64,000 nt of DNA from Malacoraja senta. Taxonomy: Eukaryota. Made by a program: the position numbers and the translations under genes. Shown piece by piece: positions 1 to 12,545 of the stretch. The stretch covers positions 434,001 to 498,000 of the forward strand of contig CM076000.1 in NCBI GenBank assembly GCA_038087875.1. The letters are read 5' to 3'. The notes under the pieces are model-generated. The model was not told the DNA's origin. It saw only the letters and a program-made list of their open reading frames with translations, and ran no database searches. The stretch's first letter is position 1. Each line of letters begins with the position of its first letter.

Positions 1-34
1 ATTTTTTAAAAGGGTCTCAATTAGGACAACATTA

Positions 35-375
35 GTACAAAATCATGAGAGGAAGAGATCGGGTAGACGTCTCTTGCCCAGAGTAGGGAAAATTGAGAAC
101 CAAAAGACATAGGTTTAAAGTGAGGAGGGAAAGATTTAATAAGAACCCGAGGTGTAATTTTTTTACACAAAAGGGTGGTGGGTGTATGGAACGAACTGCC
201 GGAGGAGGTCGTTGAGGCAGGGACTGCTGCAACTTTTTAGAAATATTTAGGACATGGACAGAGGTTTAGAGGGATATAGGCCAAACACAGGGAGGTGAAC
301 TAGTGTAGATGGGACATGTTGGTCGGTATGAGCAAGTTGGGCCGAAGAGCCTGTTACCACCCTGTATGACTCTAT
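35..375 (+). mobile_element. CR1/HER1-type LINE 3' fragment
   Basis: End of ORF2 and 3' UTR (ggtgggtgtatggaac...gttgggccgaagagcctgt...tgactctat), homologous to copies at 39140 and 47093. Confidence 0.8.
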
Positions 376-388
376 TGTACATAGCCTT

Positions 389-1762
389 TGTACATAGCCT
401 TCATAGACCTGACAAAGGCTTTTGACTCGGTATAGACCGCCCAGGCTCTTTGGAGCATACTATCAAGGTATGGTTGTCACGACAAGTACATCAGAATATT
501 GAGGCTTCTACATGATGGCATGTCGGTCACAGTGCTCAGCAACTGTGGCACTGAGTCCGAGCCCTCCACAGTGGAAACTGGGGTCAAACAGGGATGCATC
601 ATCGCACCCACCATGTTTGTCGTCTTCATTGCTGCCGTACTTCACCCCATGGGTGAAGAGCTGGCACAGGGGATCCCAATCCTCTGCAGAACTGATGGTG
701 GGCTCTTCAACCTTAATAGGTTGAAGGCCAAGAGCAAAGTCAGTAACACCGCCATCATGGAGCTTCAGTACGCAGACGACTGCGCCATTGCAGCACACTC
801 TGCAGAAGACCTCCAGGGTATCCTGAATGCCTTTGTCAAGGCATACATAGCCATGGGCCTAGCCTTAAATATCAAGAAGACCCAGGTCCTACCTCCACCC
901 AACCAGCCGTCTACCCAGCCCACTATAAAAGTGTATGACACCACTCTTGAAAAAGTTGACCACTTCCCCTACCTTGGCAGCATTCTTTCCTGAAAAGCTG
1001 ACCGACTCTTTGGTCAACCATCGCCTGAGTTGTGCCAGCGGAGCCAGTGCCAGACGCAGGAAAAGAGTCTTTGAAGACCGAAACCTAAAGGTTCAAACAA
1101 AACTGCTGGTCTACGGAGCCGTTGTCCTCTCCACCCTGGTGTATGGAGCCGAGTCATGGACCACCTACAGCAGGCACCTGAGAGCCCTGGAACAATACCA
1201 CCAAAGATCCTTATGAATGATTCTGAGGATCAGCTGGGAGGACAGACGCACCTACATCAGCGTTTCAGAGGAAGCCAACATGACCAGCATCACCACCACA
1301 ATAATGCAGCACCACTATCGATGGACTGGCCATGTCATCCGCATGTCCAACACACGTCTCCCTAAACAGATTCTGTACTCTCAATTGAAGGAAGGTTGGC
1401 GAGCCCCCAGCAGGCCAAAGAAACGCTTCAAGGACAACATCAAGAAGTCTGAAGAAATTCCACATCACATCGAGCAACTGGGAGCACATTGCACTGAACA
1501 GGCACTCCTGGAGGAGATCCGTGCAGGAAGGAGCTGCACGTCACGAAATGGAACTACGCCGTGTCACAGAGACAAAGCGACAGCACCGTAAGGAGAGAGA
1601 GAAGGGGCTCGACGACTATCAACCACCGCCAGTCTCCACTGCCACGTTGCACCAAGGTGTGTGGATCGGGCTCTACAGACATCTGCACACCCACAAGTAG
1701 ACAATCCTATGGAGAGGTTAGGACAGTCATACTCGATTCGAGTGACCGCCAATGATGATGAC
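389..1762 (+). mobile_element. RTE-clade LINE, 5'-truncated, frameshifted RT
   Basis: Motifs IAFIDLTKAFDSV, GVKQGC..AP..F, RTDG.LFNL.RL, YADD, FPYLGS, YGAESW, RWTGHV.RM; ends in a (TGA)n tail. Confidence 0.9.
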
Positions 1763-2673
1763 TTTGGCGTGTGGAAATTAAGGCAAAAGTGCAACAAACC
1801 AGCTATAGGTGAGTGAAGTGTGTTTTTTAAAGTCAACAGGAAATTTTACACTGACATTAGTTTGGTGTGCAGACAATTTGATTTATTCCATGTGATAGAG
1901 GAATGGCTGAGGGGCTCTGAACACAACAAAAGCTTTGGGACTGAAGACTTGCGCTCCTGCACATCCACCAGTTTTCAGTACAGTCACAACACTGGCATCT
2001 ACAACACCAGCTAGTAAACTGCCCACATGTACCTTACTCACAAAAAGCAGGACAAATCCAAACCAGCTAACCACTTTCCAGTCGGTCACTGAAAGTGCAA
2101 TCAATTGCTGCTACTTATTAATTTGATTTTCGCCAGGACCACTTCACAGGTTCCAGAACTCACAGCAGCTTTGGAATGAAGAGCTGGATTTCAGGGCTGA
2201 CGTGAGAGTGAGTGCCCCAGTAAAACTGGTCGTTGTACACCAAAGGGAAAACACTACAGAGATTGGAGTTATGATTTGCATTGGAGGAAAGTAGTTGTGG
2301 TTGGAGGAGGTCACTTGTACCAGCACCTGGAGATCACGGCAAGAGTTCCTCAGGGCAGTTCCCTATTTTCATCTGCTTCATCAATTACATCAATTCTCCA
2401 ACAGTCTCAGAATCAGGGGTATTCACTGTTCAATTACATTCATAGCTCCTCAGCAAATGAAACAGCTCATGCCTACATGCAGCAAGATCTAGCCAACATT
2501 CAGGAAAGAGCAGGTAACAGTCTTACCACAAACGTACCAGGCAAATAATACAATAACAGAAGGTTTATCTATGTTATTCAATTGCATTCCCATTGTGAAT
2601 CCCCCACAATCAGCGTCCTTAGGATTACCATTGGCAAGGACCCAAATGGACTCGCGGTATAAATAGTAGAGAA

Positions 2674-2862
2674 ACAAGGAACTGCAGATGCAGGTTTACA
2701 ATAAAAGAGGCTGCAATGTACTGGAGTAACTCAGCGGGTTGGGCAGCATCTCTGGAGAACATGGATAGGTGAAGTTTCAGATCGGAAATGAAAAGTCACC
2801 CATCCATCTTCTCCAAAGATACTGCCTGACTTGCTGAGTTACTCCAGCACTTTGCTTCCTTT
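2674..2862. mobile_element. Penelope terminal-repeat-derived fold-back element (older copy)
   Basis: ctggagtaactcagc...gcagcatctctggagaa and its reverse complement ttctccaaagatactgcc...gctgagttactccag. Confidence 0.75.
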
Positions 2863-3070
2863 TTTTCAACGTAATTAATGTGGCGACAGACTGGGTGTCT
2901 TGCAGCCGACAACCAAATTCATAACATCCCAGATCCACAGTCTACACGCCAGAGTCAGGAGCATGATGAAATACTCCCCACTTGCCTGCATCGCTTCAGC
3001 TTTAACAATTCAAGCAGCTTTCCATCATCTCAAACAAAGCAGTTCACTTTATTGGCTCCCTATCAGGTTG

Positions 3071-3625
3071 GGTTGGCACAGTGGAACCGCTGTCTCACAG
3101 CACCAGTGACCCCGAGTCAATCCTGACTTGAGGTGCTTTCTGTGTGGAGTTTGAGCTTACACCATACGACTGCATCCGTTTCCTCCCGCTGCTCCGATTT
3201 CCCACAATAACCCAAAGACCTGTGGGTCGAAAGGTTAATTGGCTGCTACAAATTGACACGTGTGTAGGTCAGCAGTAGAATCTGGGGAGCGTTGATGACA
3301 ATATAGAGAGAATAAAGTTGGATTAGATTAGTGTTAAAGAAGGAACTGCAGATGCTGGAAAATCGAAGGTACACAAAAATGCTGGAGAAACTCAGTGGGT
3401 GCAGCAGCATCTATGGAGCGAAGGAAATAGGTAACGTTTCGGCCCGAAACGTTACCTATTTCCTTCGCTCCATAGATGCTGCTGCACCCGCTGAGTTTCT
3501 CCAGCATTTTTGTGTACCTTGGATTAGATTAGTGTTGGATTCATGTAAATGGGTGGTTGGTGGTCAGCATGGACCTGGTGGGCCAAAGGGCCCGTTTCCA
3601 TGCTCTATCTCCCTGTATGACTGGG
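3071..3625 (+). mobile_element. tRNA-derived V-SINE/HE1-like SINE, interrupted by a palindromic insertion
   Basis: tggcacagtgg head, tgtgtggagtttg and cccaaagac...ggttaattgg core, CR1-like tail gggccaaagggcccgtttccatgct. Confidence 0.75.
3336..3518. mobile_element. Young Penelope-derived palindromic insertion with 18-bp TSD
   Basis: Inverted repeat 3366-3520 centred at 3443 with one mismatch. Direct repeat ttggattagattagtgtt at 3318-3335 and 3519-3536. Confidence 0.9.
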
Positions 3626-5629
3626 ATCCAAACATGTATTCTCTCCACCACTGCTGCAGCAGCTGCATTGTGCACCCTCTACAAAATGCACTAGTTCCTG
3701 TCACAGGCTATTCCAACTTCCACATCCATGACATATTCTACCTACACAGGATAAGGACAACAACTCACATCGTCAGCAGATTCTCCTCCAAGTCTCACGT
3801 CATCTGGATTTGTAAATATGTTGCTGTTCCCTGCAGGGTCCAAATCCTGGAACTCCCTCTCCAAAAGCACTGTGGAAATACCTTCACCAGAACAACTGCA
3901 GCAGGTCAAAATGACAGCTCATCACCACCTTCTTGCAGGCGTGAGTAAAGGCGGCTGGCCTTGCCCACAATGCAAGTTGCAAAAAAAAAAACAAAAAAAA
4001 ATGGAGGGTGGGGGGGAATTCCACCTAGCAAAAGCATTAAAAATATGTTCTACGCAATCTTTATCATATTACCACCTTTGTGAAGTATACAGTGAAACTC
4101 AAAACGTGATCGTCTCGTGTGCTAGAAACCCATTCAGGGTCAGTTGTATTAACAGGACATTCTGCTTTGCTTCTGAAAGTCATTCCAATGAAGTCAGAGG
4201 AATGAGTTAGGGTGTGGAGTACAATAACCTGGTGCTGATGTAGACAGCATTTAGTGCTACCTACTGAGGATGAATTTCTCAGCTATGGTTTCACAGACTC
4301 AAAAAATATCAATAGCCTCTATTTAACATATACTCTATAGCATTGCTTAGCCTGAAAAGATCGCTGAAAAATTGCTTTCTACAAAAAATATGCATGAAAC
4401 AAATCAAACCTGTTCCTGCTGTTCCCTTTACAATCAGCAATCATTTAGGCGACAGTTTTGGAACCAGTTTAAAAAAACTGTTAAAATTGTACACTTTTAT
4501 TTCACATGTCCAACGTCTGCAGTTTTTGCTTTCCTCTTGTGGGTGCCAATTGACCCACTTTAAGATTCCAGCACTTTTGATTTTAATGGAGTTGGCTGCT
4601 GCCTGATGTACGATAAAAAGTACTTTCATGTCTCTAGAAATTGAATACTCTTGATAGATATGCATTGACTGCACTATATCAAAAAGGATGCAGACACTAT
4701 TTTACACTTGAGGTTACTTGCACTGCCTAAGGGGCAATAGCTCACCGATTATTACCCCAAATTGCAATGTGTGTTTGCTTTTATTATACCTTTGGGCGGT
4801 ATGAATAAAATAAAATTGCTTTCATCTATCCTGATGAGTACTGTAGCAGGATGTACTCTCAGTTTAAGAAAACACTAATAAATCAATAAATTGCATCTAC
4901 TGCTTGTCTATGTTCATTTGTTTCAATTACAGTCCAGACCTTAAGAAACCAAGGATCGATATTTTAAGTTGATCCGTGGAGAAATGGTACTCATGAAAAG
5001 CGCAGAGTTAAACTCACAATTGGGAACATCACTGGCCATGTAGTTATTGAATAGAATTGAGATTAAAGGAAAATTGTCTTGGTTTGTTAGCACATCCTGC
5101 TTATTATTGGCTTACTCGGTGAGTCTATTAAGTTTTGCACGGTAGAGACTGCAATTTTCCCAACAGATTGCCATAAAACGCAAGTGATACAAAAATGTTT
5201 AGTGTCGACACAACTTTTACGCAAGAGCAATTGCGCCCAGATTATCACTTCAAAAGAGAGGGTATAAGATGTCAAAACAAATAGTGCATGACCAGAAATG
5301 TCAAACCACTAGTCCGTTTGAACAATATAGTTTAAAAAAACTTTATATTAACCAGAAGCAGGATCACGGTTGGAACAGAATATGGGAAGATCCACTGAAT
5401 TTCACCAGTCTCTATTCATAGTTTGAAAACAAGAAATCCTTGCATGTTTAGTACACATATCTTGCAGCAGCTGCTGTGTCCTACTAACATTGGTTAAACA
5501 GAAACTTCAGCCACTAATTGAGACAAACAATATATTCTCCACCACATGAGGAAAGCAGTGGCAGAGTTAAAAATCAACGTACCAAATCCCTATTCGGTTG
5601 CTTGAAAACACCCAATTTTTCATTTTGTC

Positions 5630-5840
5630 TTTAGACCTTAGAGATACAATGCGGAAACAGGCTCTGAGTCCACGCCAACCAGCAATCACCCCGACCACTT
5701 CCACTTTCCTATACACTAGAAACAATTTACAATTTTACCAAAGACAATTAACCTGTACATCTTTGGAGTGTGGGAGGAAATGGGAGCAAACCCACGCTGT
5801 CGCAGGGAGAACGTACACACTCCATACAGGCAGCACCTAA
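5630..5840 (-). mobile_element. V-SINE/HE1-like SINE fragment
   Basis: Reverse complement of the SINE core (caattaacct...ctttggagtgtgggaggaaa...actccatacaggcagcacc). Confidence 0.7.
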
Positions 5841-5844
5841 TTTT

Positions 5845-6535
5845 AAGGTTAAGTTTATTGGCCAAGTATTCACATACAAGGAATTTGCCTTGGTGCTCTG
5901 CCCACAAGTGACAACATGACAGTGACAGTTAGGAATTACACACAAAACATTAACGATTAAACATGTGCATTAAATAAAATACCAGAGCAAAAGGAGGCTA
6001 CAGATTTTTGGTTATTGAGTAGAGCTACTACTCGTGGAAATAAGCTGATTTTATGTCTGGCTGTGGCAGCTTTGACAGTCCAGAGTCGCCTTCCAGAGCG
6101 AAGTGATTCAAAGAGTTTGTGGCCAGGGTGAGAGGGTACAGTTCGTCAATGGAGGGAAGGTTGCAGCCAATAACCTTCTCAACTGATCGGACGATTCGCT
6201 GCAGCCTCCGGATGTAGTGCTTGGTGGCTGACCAGATCATGGAGAAGGTGAGGACAGACTCTATGATGGCCGTATAGAATTGGACCATCATTGCCTGTGG
6301 CAGATTGTGCTTCCTCAGCTGCCGCATGAAGTACATCCTCTGTTGTGCTTTTTTGACTGTGGAGACGATGGTGGCCCCCCATTTACGGTCCTTGGAGATG
6401 ATGGTTCCCAGGAACTTAAAGGACTCTACAGATGTGACTGTGGTGTTGTTAATGGTGAGTGGGGTGAGGGGGAGCTCTCCTAAAGTCTACAATCAACTCC
6501 ACTGTCTTAAGAGCATTGAGCTCCAGGTTGTCGCT
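5845..6535 (-). mobile_element. Rex1/Babar-like LINE 3' fragment
   Basis: Peptide YFMRQLRKHNLPQAMMVQFYTAIIESVLT...RLQRIVRS.EKVIG (DUF1891-type C-terminus); tail aataaacttaaccttaa on the minus strand. Confidence 0.75.
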
Positions 6536-7029
6536 ATTTCTTCTTCTTGCCAATTTGCTGGTAGGGAACAGTCGAGTCCTTCACCTTGGAATTGCATCTG
6601 GCCCCATAACTGTACCATGAAGGCATCCAACTTATTAGATCCATAATAATTCCTCTCTTGTTTAATCGAATAGTCCAGTGGTCAATCTCCTACTTCCAGA
6701 TTCCACAATCCAGAGCCATCGAAAAAACCTCCTCAGATGCCAGTACCCCAACTCGCATAAAGTAGCTTCACCATCCCATTCAGTCCCCTGGTCACTGCAT
6801 GTTTAATAGCAGTTTATTCCCTGCACATTTAGGAGCAATATTTCAGATTTCAAGTTTTAAAGAAGAGGATATAATCCAATGATTGAAAACAAATAAATTA
6901 CAATAAATAAATTCAATGCAAAGTAAATATAGGATCTACTAGATTTGGACACGTTTTTTAATAGCAAAATGCTGTTTATAGATTGTCACCGCTTATAACC
7001 TGTTTAAATTATGGATGAAAATACCTTTT

Positions 7030-7745
7030 CAAATCGAGACCCTTCTTCAGATTAGTGTCAGGGGAGTGGGCGAGACAAAGATAGAATGTATTCGGAGACA
7101 GTAAGACTGGTGGGAGAACTGGGAAGGGATAGAGGGAAAGCAAGGGCTATTTGAAGTTAGAGAAGTCAACGTTCATACCGCTGGGGTGTAAGCTACCCAA
7201 GCGAAATATGAGTTGCTGTTCCTCCAATTTGCACTGGGCCTCACTCTGACAATGGAGGAGGTCCAGGACAGAAAGGTCAGATTGGGAACGGGAGGGAGAG
7301 TTGAAGTGCTGAGCAACCGGGAGATGAGGTAAGTTAAGACGGACTGATCGGAGGTGTTCAGCGAAACGATCGCCGAGCCTGCGCTTGGTCTCGTCGATGT
7401 AGAGAAGTTGACACCTGGAACAGCGGATACTGTAGATGAGGTTGGAGGTGGTGCAAGTGAACCTCTGCCTCACCTGGAAAGACTGTTTGGGTCCTTGGAT
7501 GGAGTCGAGGAGGGAGGTAAAGGGACAGGTGTTGCATCTCCTGCGGTTGCAGGGGAAAGTACCTGGGGAGGGGGTGGTTTGGGAGGGAAAGGACTAGTTG
7601 ACCAGGGAGTTTCAGAAGGAACGGTCTCTGCAGAAAGCAGAAAGGGGTGGAGATGGGAAGATGTGAGATCTAGAAATGGTAGGGAGATGTCGGAGATGGT
7701 CCAAGTGAATTTGAGTGCAGGATGGAAATTGGTGGTGAAGTTGAT
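7030..7745 (-). mobile_element. Penelope-like element 3' part with GIY-YIG endonuclease remnant
   Basis: ORF 7147-7473: NLIYSIRCSRCQLLYIDETKRRLGDRFAEH...VAQHF (GIY-YIG with CCHH residues; YIG changed to YID), followed by a terminal repeat with a CTGAAGAAGGGTCTCGA core. Confidence 0.88.
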
Positions 7746-7760
7746 GCTCTGTTTCCTGTG

Positions 7761-8290
7761 ATGGAGAACACAGCGATTTCCATCACAGGAAACACACCTC
7801 TTGGTCCCCCTCCCCCCATTCGTAACAAGGACAGAGTGATAGTTTCGCTGAACAGCTCCGCTCAGTCCGTCTTAACCAAGCTGATCTCCCAGTTGATCAG
7901 AACTTCAACTCCCCCTCCCATTCCCAATCTGACTTTTCTGTCCTGGACCTCCTCCATTATCAGAGGCCCAGTGCAAATTGGAGGAACAGCCCCTCATATT
8001 TTGCTTGGGTAGTTTACACCTCAGCGGTATGAACATTGAATTCTCTAACTTCAAATAGCCTCCCCTCCCCCTTCCCAGTTCTCCCACCAGTCTTACTGTC
8101 TCCGACTACATTCTATCTTTGTGTCCCCTTTCCCCCCCACCCCCCCCACCCCGACATAGGCCTGAAGGGTCTCAATCCGAAAAACCCATTCCTTCTCTCC
8201 AGAGATGCTGCCTGTCCCAGCATTACTCCAGCATTTTGTGTCTACCTTCGATTTAAACCAGTATCGGCAGTTCTTTCTTGCACACCTTAA
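7761..8290 (+). mobile_element. Penelope-like element 3' fragment, inverted relative to 7030-7745
   Basis: 7840-8056 is a diverged reverse complement of about 7147-7365, followed by the same terminal repeat. Confidence 0.8.
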
Positions 8291-8724
8291 GTTCAAATGC
8301 TTGGCAGATAACTTGAGAATCAAAGTTGGTTGCCCTTGACTTGCCCTTTATTTGGCTTATGGGCTTATGATGGAAGCACAAAGCAAATATCAATTTAAAA
8401 TGTCAATGAGTTATTGAATCAGAATAAAATGAGACTGCTTATCAAAACATGACCTTAAGTTCCAGCTTGGAGCCACTTTACAGTATATTTGAGATCGCTC
8501 CGGATAAATGCTTTACCTTATAAAACAACACCATGAACTCAGAGATTACATTTCTCCTCAATCTACCTAAAACTGTACGTGATCATGTATTTTCTATTTT
8601 GAAAAACAATAATTTAGGCACTAAAAAAGACACAAAGTGCAGATAACATCGCCGGAGAACATGGAGAGGTGATGATTCGCATCGTGACCCTTCTTCAGAC
8701 TGGTGATGTTTTGACATATGTTGA

Positions 8725-9148
8725 TGGAATGGAGTGGCTGGACTTGTACACTCTGGAATTTAGAAGGATGAGAGGGATCTTATTGAAACATAAGATCATT
8801 AAGGGATTGCTAGAGGCAGGAAACATGTTCCTGATGTTGGGGGAATCCAGAGCCAGGGGCCATAGTTTAAGAATCAGGGGTAGGCCATTTAGAACGGAGA
8901 TGAAGAAAACGCTTTTCACCCAGAGAGTTGTGAATCTGTGGAATTTTCTGCCTCAGAAGGCAGTGGAGGCCAATTCTCTGGATGCTCTCAAGAGAGAGTT
9001 AGATAGGGCTCTTAAGGATAGAGGAGTCAGGGGATATGGGTAGAAGGCAGGAACGGGGTACTGATTGTGGATGATCAGCCATGATCATATTGAATGGCAG
9101 TGCTGGCTCGAAGGGCCGAATGGCTTACTCCTGCACCTATTGTCTATC
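8725..9148 (+). mobile_element. CR1 LINE 3' fragment nested in a Penelope hairpin element (8628-9240)
   Basis: LDLYTLEFRRMRG...RGHSLRIRG..F..RVVNLWN.LP and a 3' UTR like that at 38650-38750. Confidence 0.88.
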
Positions 9149-10229
9149 GACTCAGGACCCTTCTTCAGTCTGAAATGCTGAGTTACTCCAGCACTTCATA
9201 TTTTTTTGTAAACCAGAAACTGCAGTTCCTTGCATCTCTCGCATACTTTGGGTTATGTCACTACTTAACAGATAAGTTGTCTAAAAAGACATCTTGGTTT
9301 GTTCCAAGAATCACCCAGCATGGAAACAAGCTCCTCAGCCAAAGAAGTCAGCGCCAACCATTAACTAACCATTTACTCCAAAACTATATCAATCGCACAT
9401 TTTATTCCCCTCACGTACTCATCCACTCCCAACCCCCAGATTTTAACACTCATCTACACACTGAGTGCAATTTAAATTGATGAATTGCCTTATCAGCGAC
9501 ACATTTTGGGATGTGGGAGGAAAGTGGAGCTCTTGGAGGAACCCCCATGCAAACTCCATGTTGACAACACGTTATTAGGATTGAACCAGTATCTCTGGTG
9601 GTACAAGGTAGTGGCTCTACTAACTGCACTTATATGTTGCCCTCGTATATTTATTGCACAATGGTTTACCTCGTTAACAACAATAACATTTCTAAACTAG
9701 ATGTTCTGACCAGGTTTTTGCCACATATAAACATTTTCAGTGCCAATTTATAGTCCCTTGACTCGCCCACAGCAGCAGGCACTGATTATGTCGACCAGCT
9801 GTGGGCTAAAGACAAATCTTTGTGGAAAGCTATTTAGCCACATATGATGGTGTAACGGGAAAAATAAGCATTGTGCCAATTCTTTTCTTGGTTCAGCAGT
9901 TAATGATCATTTCCCGTCTGGAAGTGGAGACGCTCTACTGGGCAAAACATGACACCAATTGCGGTGCTTATTTAGACGAGTTTTCCCACTGAACTTGATT
10001 CATACAAAGTAAACATTGCTTTATAGGTACATTTTAGTGGCAAGATATAGTCAGACATGATTTAAAAACAAGTGCCATTTCCCCCCCCCCCCCCCGACAT
10101 CAGTCTGAAGAAGGGTCTTGACCTTCTCTCCATAGATGCTGCCTCACCCGCTGAGTTCCTCCAGCATTTTTGTCTACCTTCTATATTATGGCTGTCATTC
10201 AGAATTGCATAAATCACATCACCGACGAG

Positions 10230-10795
10230 AGCCGGTTTGTCAAGGAGGACTCTCTCTAACTTCTACAGGTGCACAGTAGAGAGCATGCTGACCGGTTGCA
10301 TCGTGGCTTGGTTCGGCAACTTGAGCGCCCTGGAGAGGAAAAGACTACAAAAAGTAGTAAACACTGCCCAGTCCATCATCGGCTCTGACCTCCCTTCCAT
10401 CGAGGGGATCTATCGCAGTCGCTGCCTCAAAAAGGCTGGCAGTATCATCAAGGACCCACACCATCCTGGCCACACACTCATCTCCCTACTACCTTCAGGT
10501 ATAAGGTACAGGAGCCTGAAGACTGCAACGACCAGGTTCAGGAATAGCTACTTCCCCACAGCCATCAGGCTATTAAACCTGGCTCGGACAAAACACTGAA
10601 CTTTATTAGCCAATTAACTGTTATTTGCACTTTATCAGTATATTGATTCATGTGTGTATATATTTATAGAATGGTATATGAACACACTGATCTGTTTTGT
10701 AGTCAATGCCTACTATGTTCTGTTGTGCTGAAGCAAAGCAAGAATTTCATTGTCCTATCAGGGACACATGACAATAAACTCACTTGAACTTGACC
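10230..10795 (+). mobile_element. Rex1/Babar-like LINE 3' fragment
   Basis: ORF 10237-10599 (NFYRCTVESMLTGCIVAWFG...KDPHHPGH...RFRNSYFPTAIRLLN); tail aataaactcacttgaacttga. Confidence 0.82.
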
Positions 10796-11096
10796 TTGTG
10801 CGAGGTAAATTTGGGGTGTCCAAACATTTTCTCACATTTAAAAAAAAAATCACAAAGAATATTTTCACTTTTCCCTTCAATATGAATGCTAGTATTGTCT
10901 GTATTTGGCTGCAGAAGTGGCCACAAAATGAGCTATAGCTAATGTATTGCAATTTGCCTCTGAGCAGTCAACTGAAATGTGACATCAGTGCTGGCCTGTG
11001 AGTGAATTATTTAGCTGGCAAGGGCATGTTGCACAAGGGGGAGAAAACACTCCCCATTTCCTTCACTTCCATTCAAACACTCAACTAAAATATCCT

Positions 11097-11463
11097 TGTC
11101 GTCTTTTTGGAATCATATGGTGCAACACAATTGTAAAAGCTAACTCGTGACTGGGCGAGGGATGGTCAAGATTATAAATAAGATTTCCTTACTTCTTTTT
11201 TCTTTTTCTTCCTTTTTCTTCTTTTATTCTCTTTTCCCTATTTTCTATTCTTTAACTTTCTTCTTTCACTTTCTATTTTTCTTTTCCACACACTATATAT
11301 CTCACATTTTTCTATACTTCATTATCTAACTTTTTTCTTTTTCTTCTTTATTATTAAAAAAAAATAAGCAGCTGTACATAAAATGTATTATGAAAATATG
11401 ATTGTATACAATTGTACTTACTTCTAATAAAATTAAAATATTAAAAAAAACTAAATTAAAAAA
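11097..11463 (+). mobile_element. Poly(A)-tailed, 5'-truncated L1/Tx1-like retro-insertion with 14-bp TSD
   Basis: aactaaaatatcct at 11083-11096 and 11464-11477; T-rich 3' UTR, AATAAA and an A-rich tail. Family assignment is inferred. Confidence 0.7.
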
Positions 11464-12339
11464 AACTAAAATATCCTGAGTAGAACATTATTATTTCAAT
11501 GATTGTAGCAAAATGAAAAAAAATCTAGACATTATACAGAATATTACAGCAGGTATTTACTTATTCCCTTTGACGATCTTTCAGGATTGCCCAAGGGCAC
11601 GTGCCCAGGTGCCAATCCATAAGATGATTCTAAATGTCACCCTCGTTATTCTAAAAGAAGGTTAGTTTAAATCAAAAGCCCACATACCAATTAAAAGATC
11701 ACGACTAAACTGAAATATATCCCTGAAATAATGCTACGGTCTCATCTCTCGCTCAATGTAGAATCTTATACACACTGTCGAAACACTTAAATCATTCTTC
11801 CATCTTTTTAAACAGTTGCTGAAGCTGTATTTGTGACTGTTCTGGAATGGAGAAAATGCTGCCGCTGCACTATTTTAAACACATTGCTTTCCTTTCTCTT
11901 ATAAGAAAAATCAAAGATAGTTCACATCGGTCTTCACATGTGTTTAATTTGAGCAATGTGATGTTGCAAGATGGGACAACTTCCCATCAACTTGCCAGGG
12001 CTGCCAACTCTCACGCATTGAGCGTGAGAATCACGCATTTCAACAAATTCTCATGCTCTCACGCTGACCACAAATTTCTCACGCTCTGTCGTGAGAAATT
12101 CTGTGATCAACGAGAATTTCCAAACTCATATCAACTGCATGGGCCGCGGGTGTTGGAGAGCCTGGGCTGAGGGAGGGATGGAAGCAGAAGCAGCGGCAGG
12201 GGAAGATGCGGGCGGGGAGCCGGGGTTGGCAAGTGATTGCTGGGCTGGAGCAACCTCAGTGTACGAGTCCCGGGCCGTTGGAAGCATTGTGCCGCGGCTG
12301 TGAGAATCTCTGTGCCGAATTCGCCCAAGTGACTGGCAT

Positions 12340-12545
12340 GGATCAGGCAGCATCTCTGGAGAGAAGGAATGGGTGACATTTCTGGTCGTGACCCTTCCAA
12401 GGGTCTCGACCCGAAACCTTTAGAAGGGTCTCGACCTGAAACGTCACCCATTCCTTCTCTCCAGAAATGCTGCCTGTCCCGCAGAGTTAATCCAGCATTT
12501 GGTGTCTCTCTTCGGTTTAAAGCAGCATCTGCAGTTCCTTCTCAC
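12340..12545. mobile_element. Penelope terminal-repeat fold-back element with duplicated central core
   Basis: caggcagcatctctggagagaaggaatgggtgac ... gtcacccattccttctctccagaaatgctgcctg, with agggtctcgacc(c/t)gaaac present twice. Confidence 0.8.

Noticed and set aside
3331..3948. 205-aa ORF
   Set aside because: Runs through a palindromic insertion and SINE sequence, starts at GTG, and shows no recognisable protein motif.
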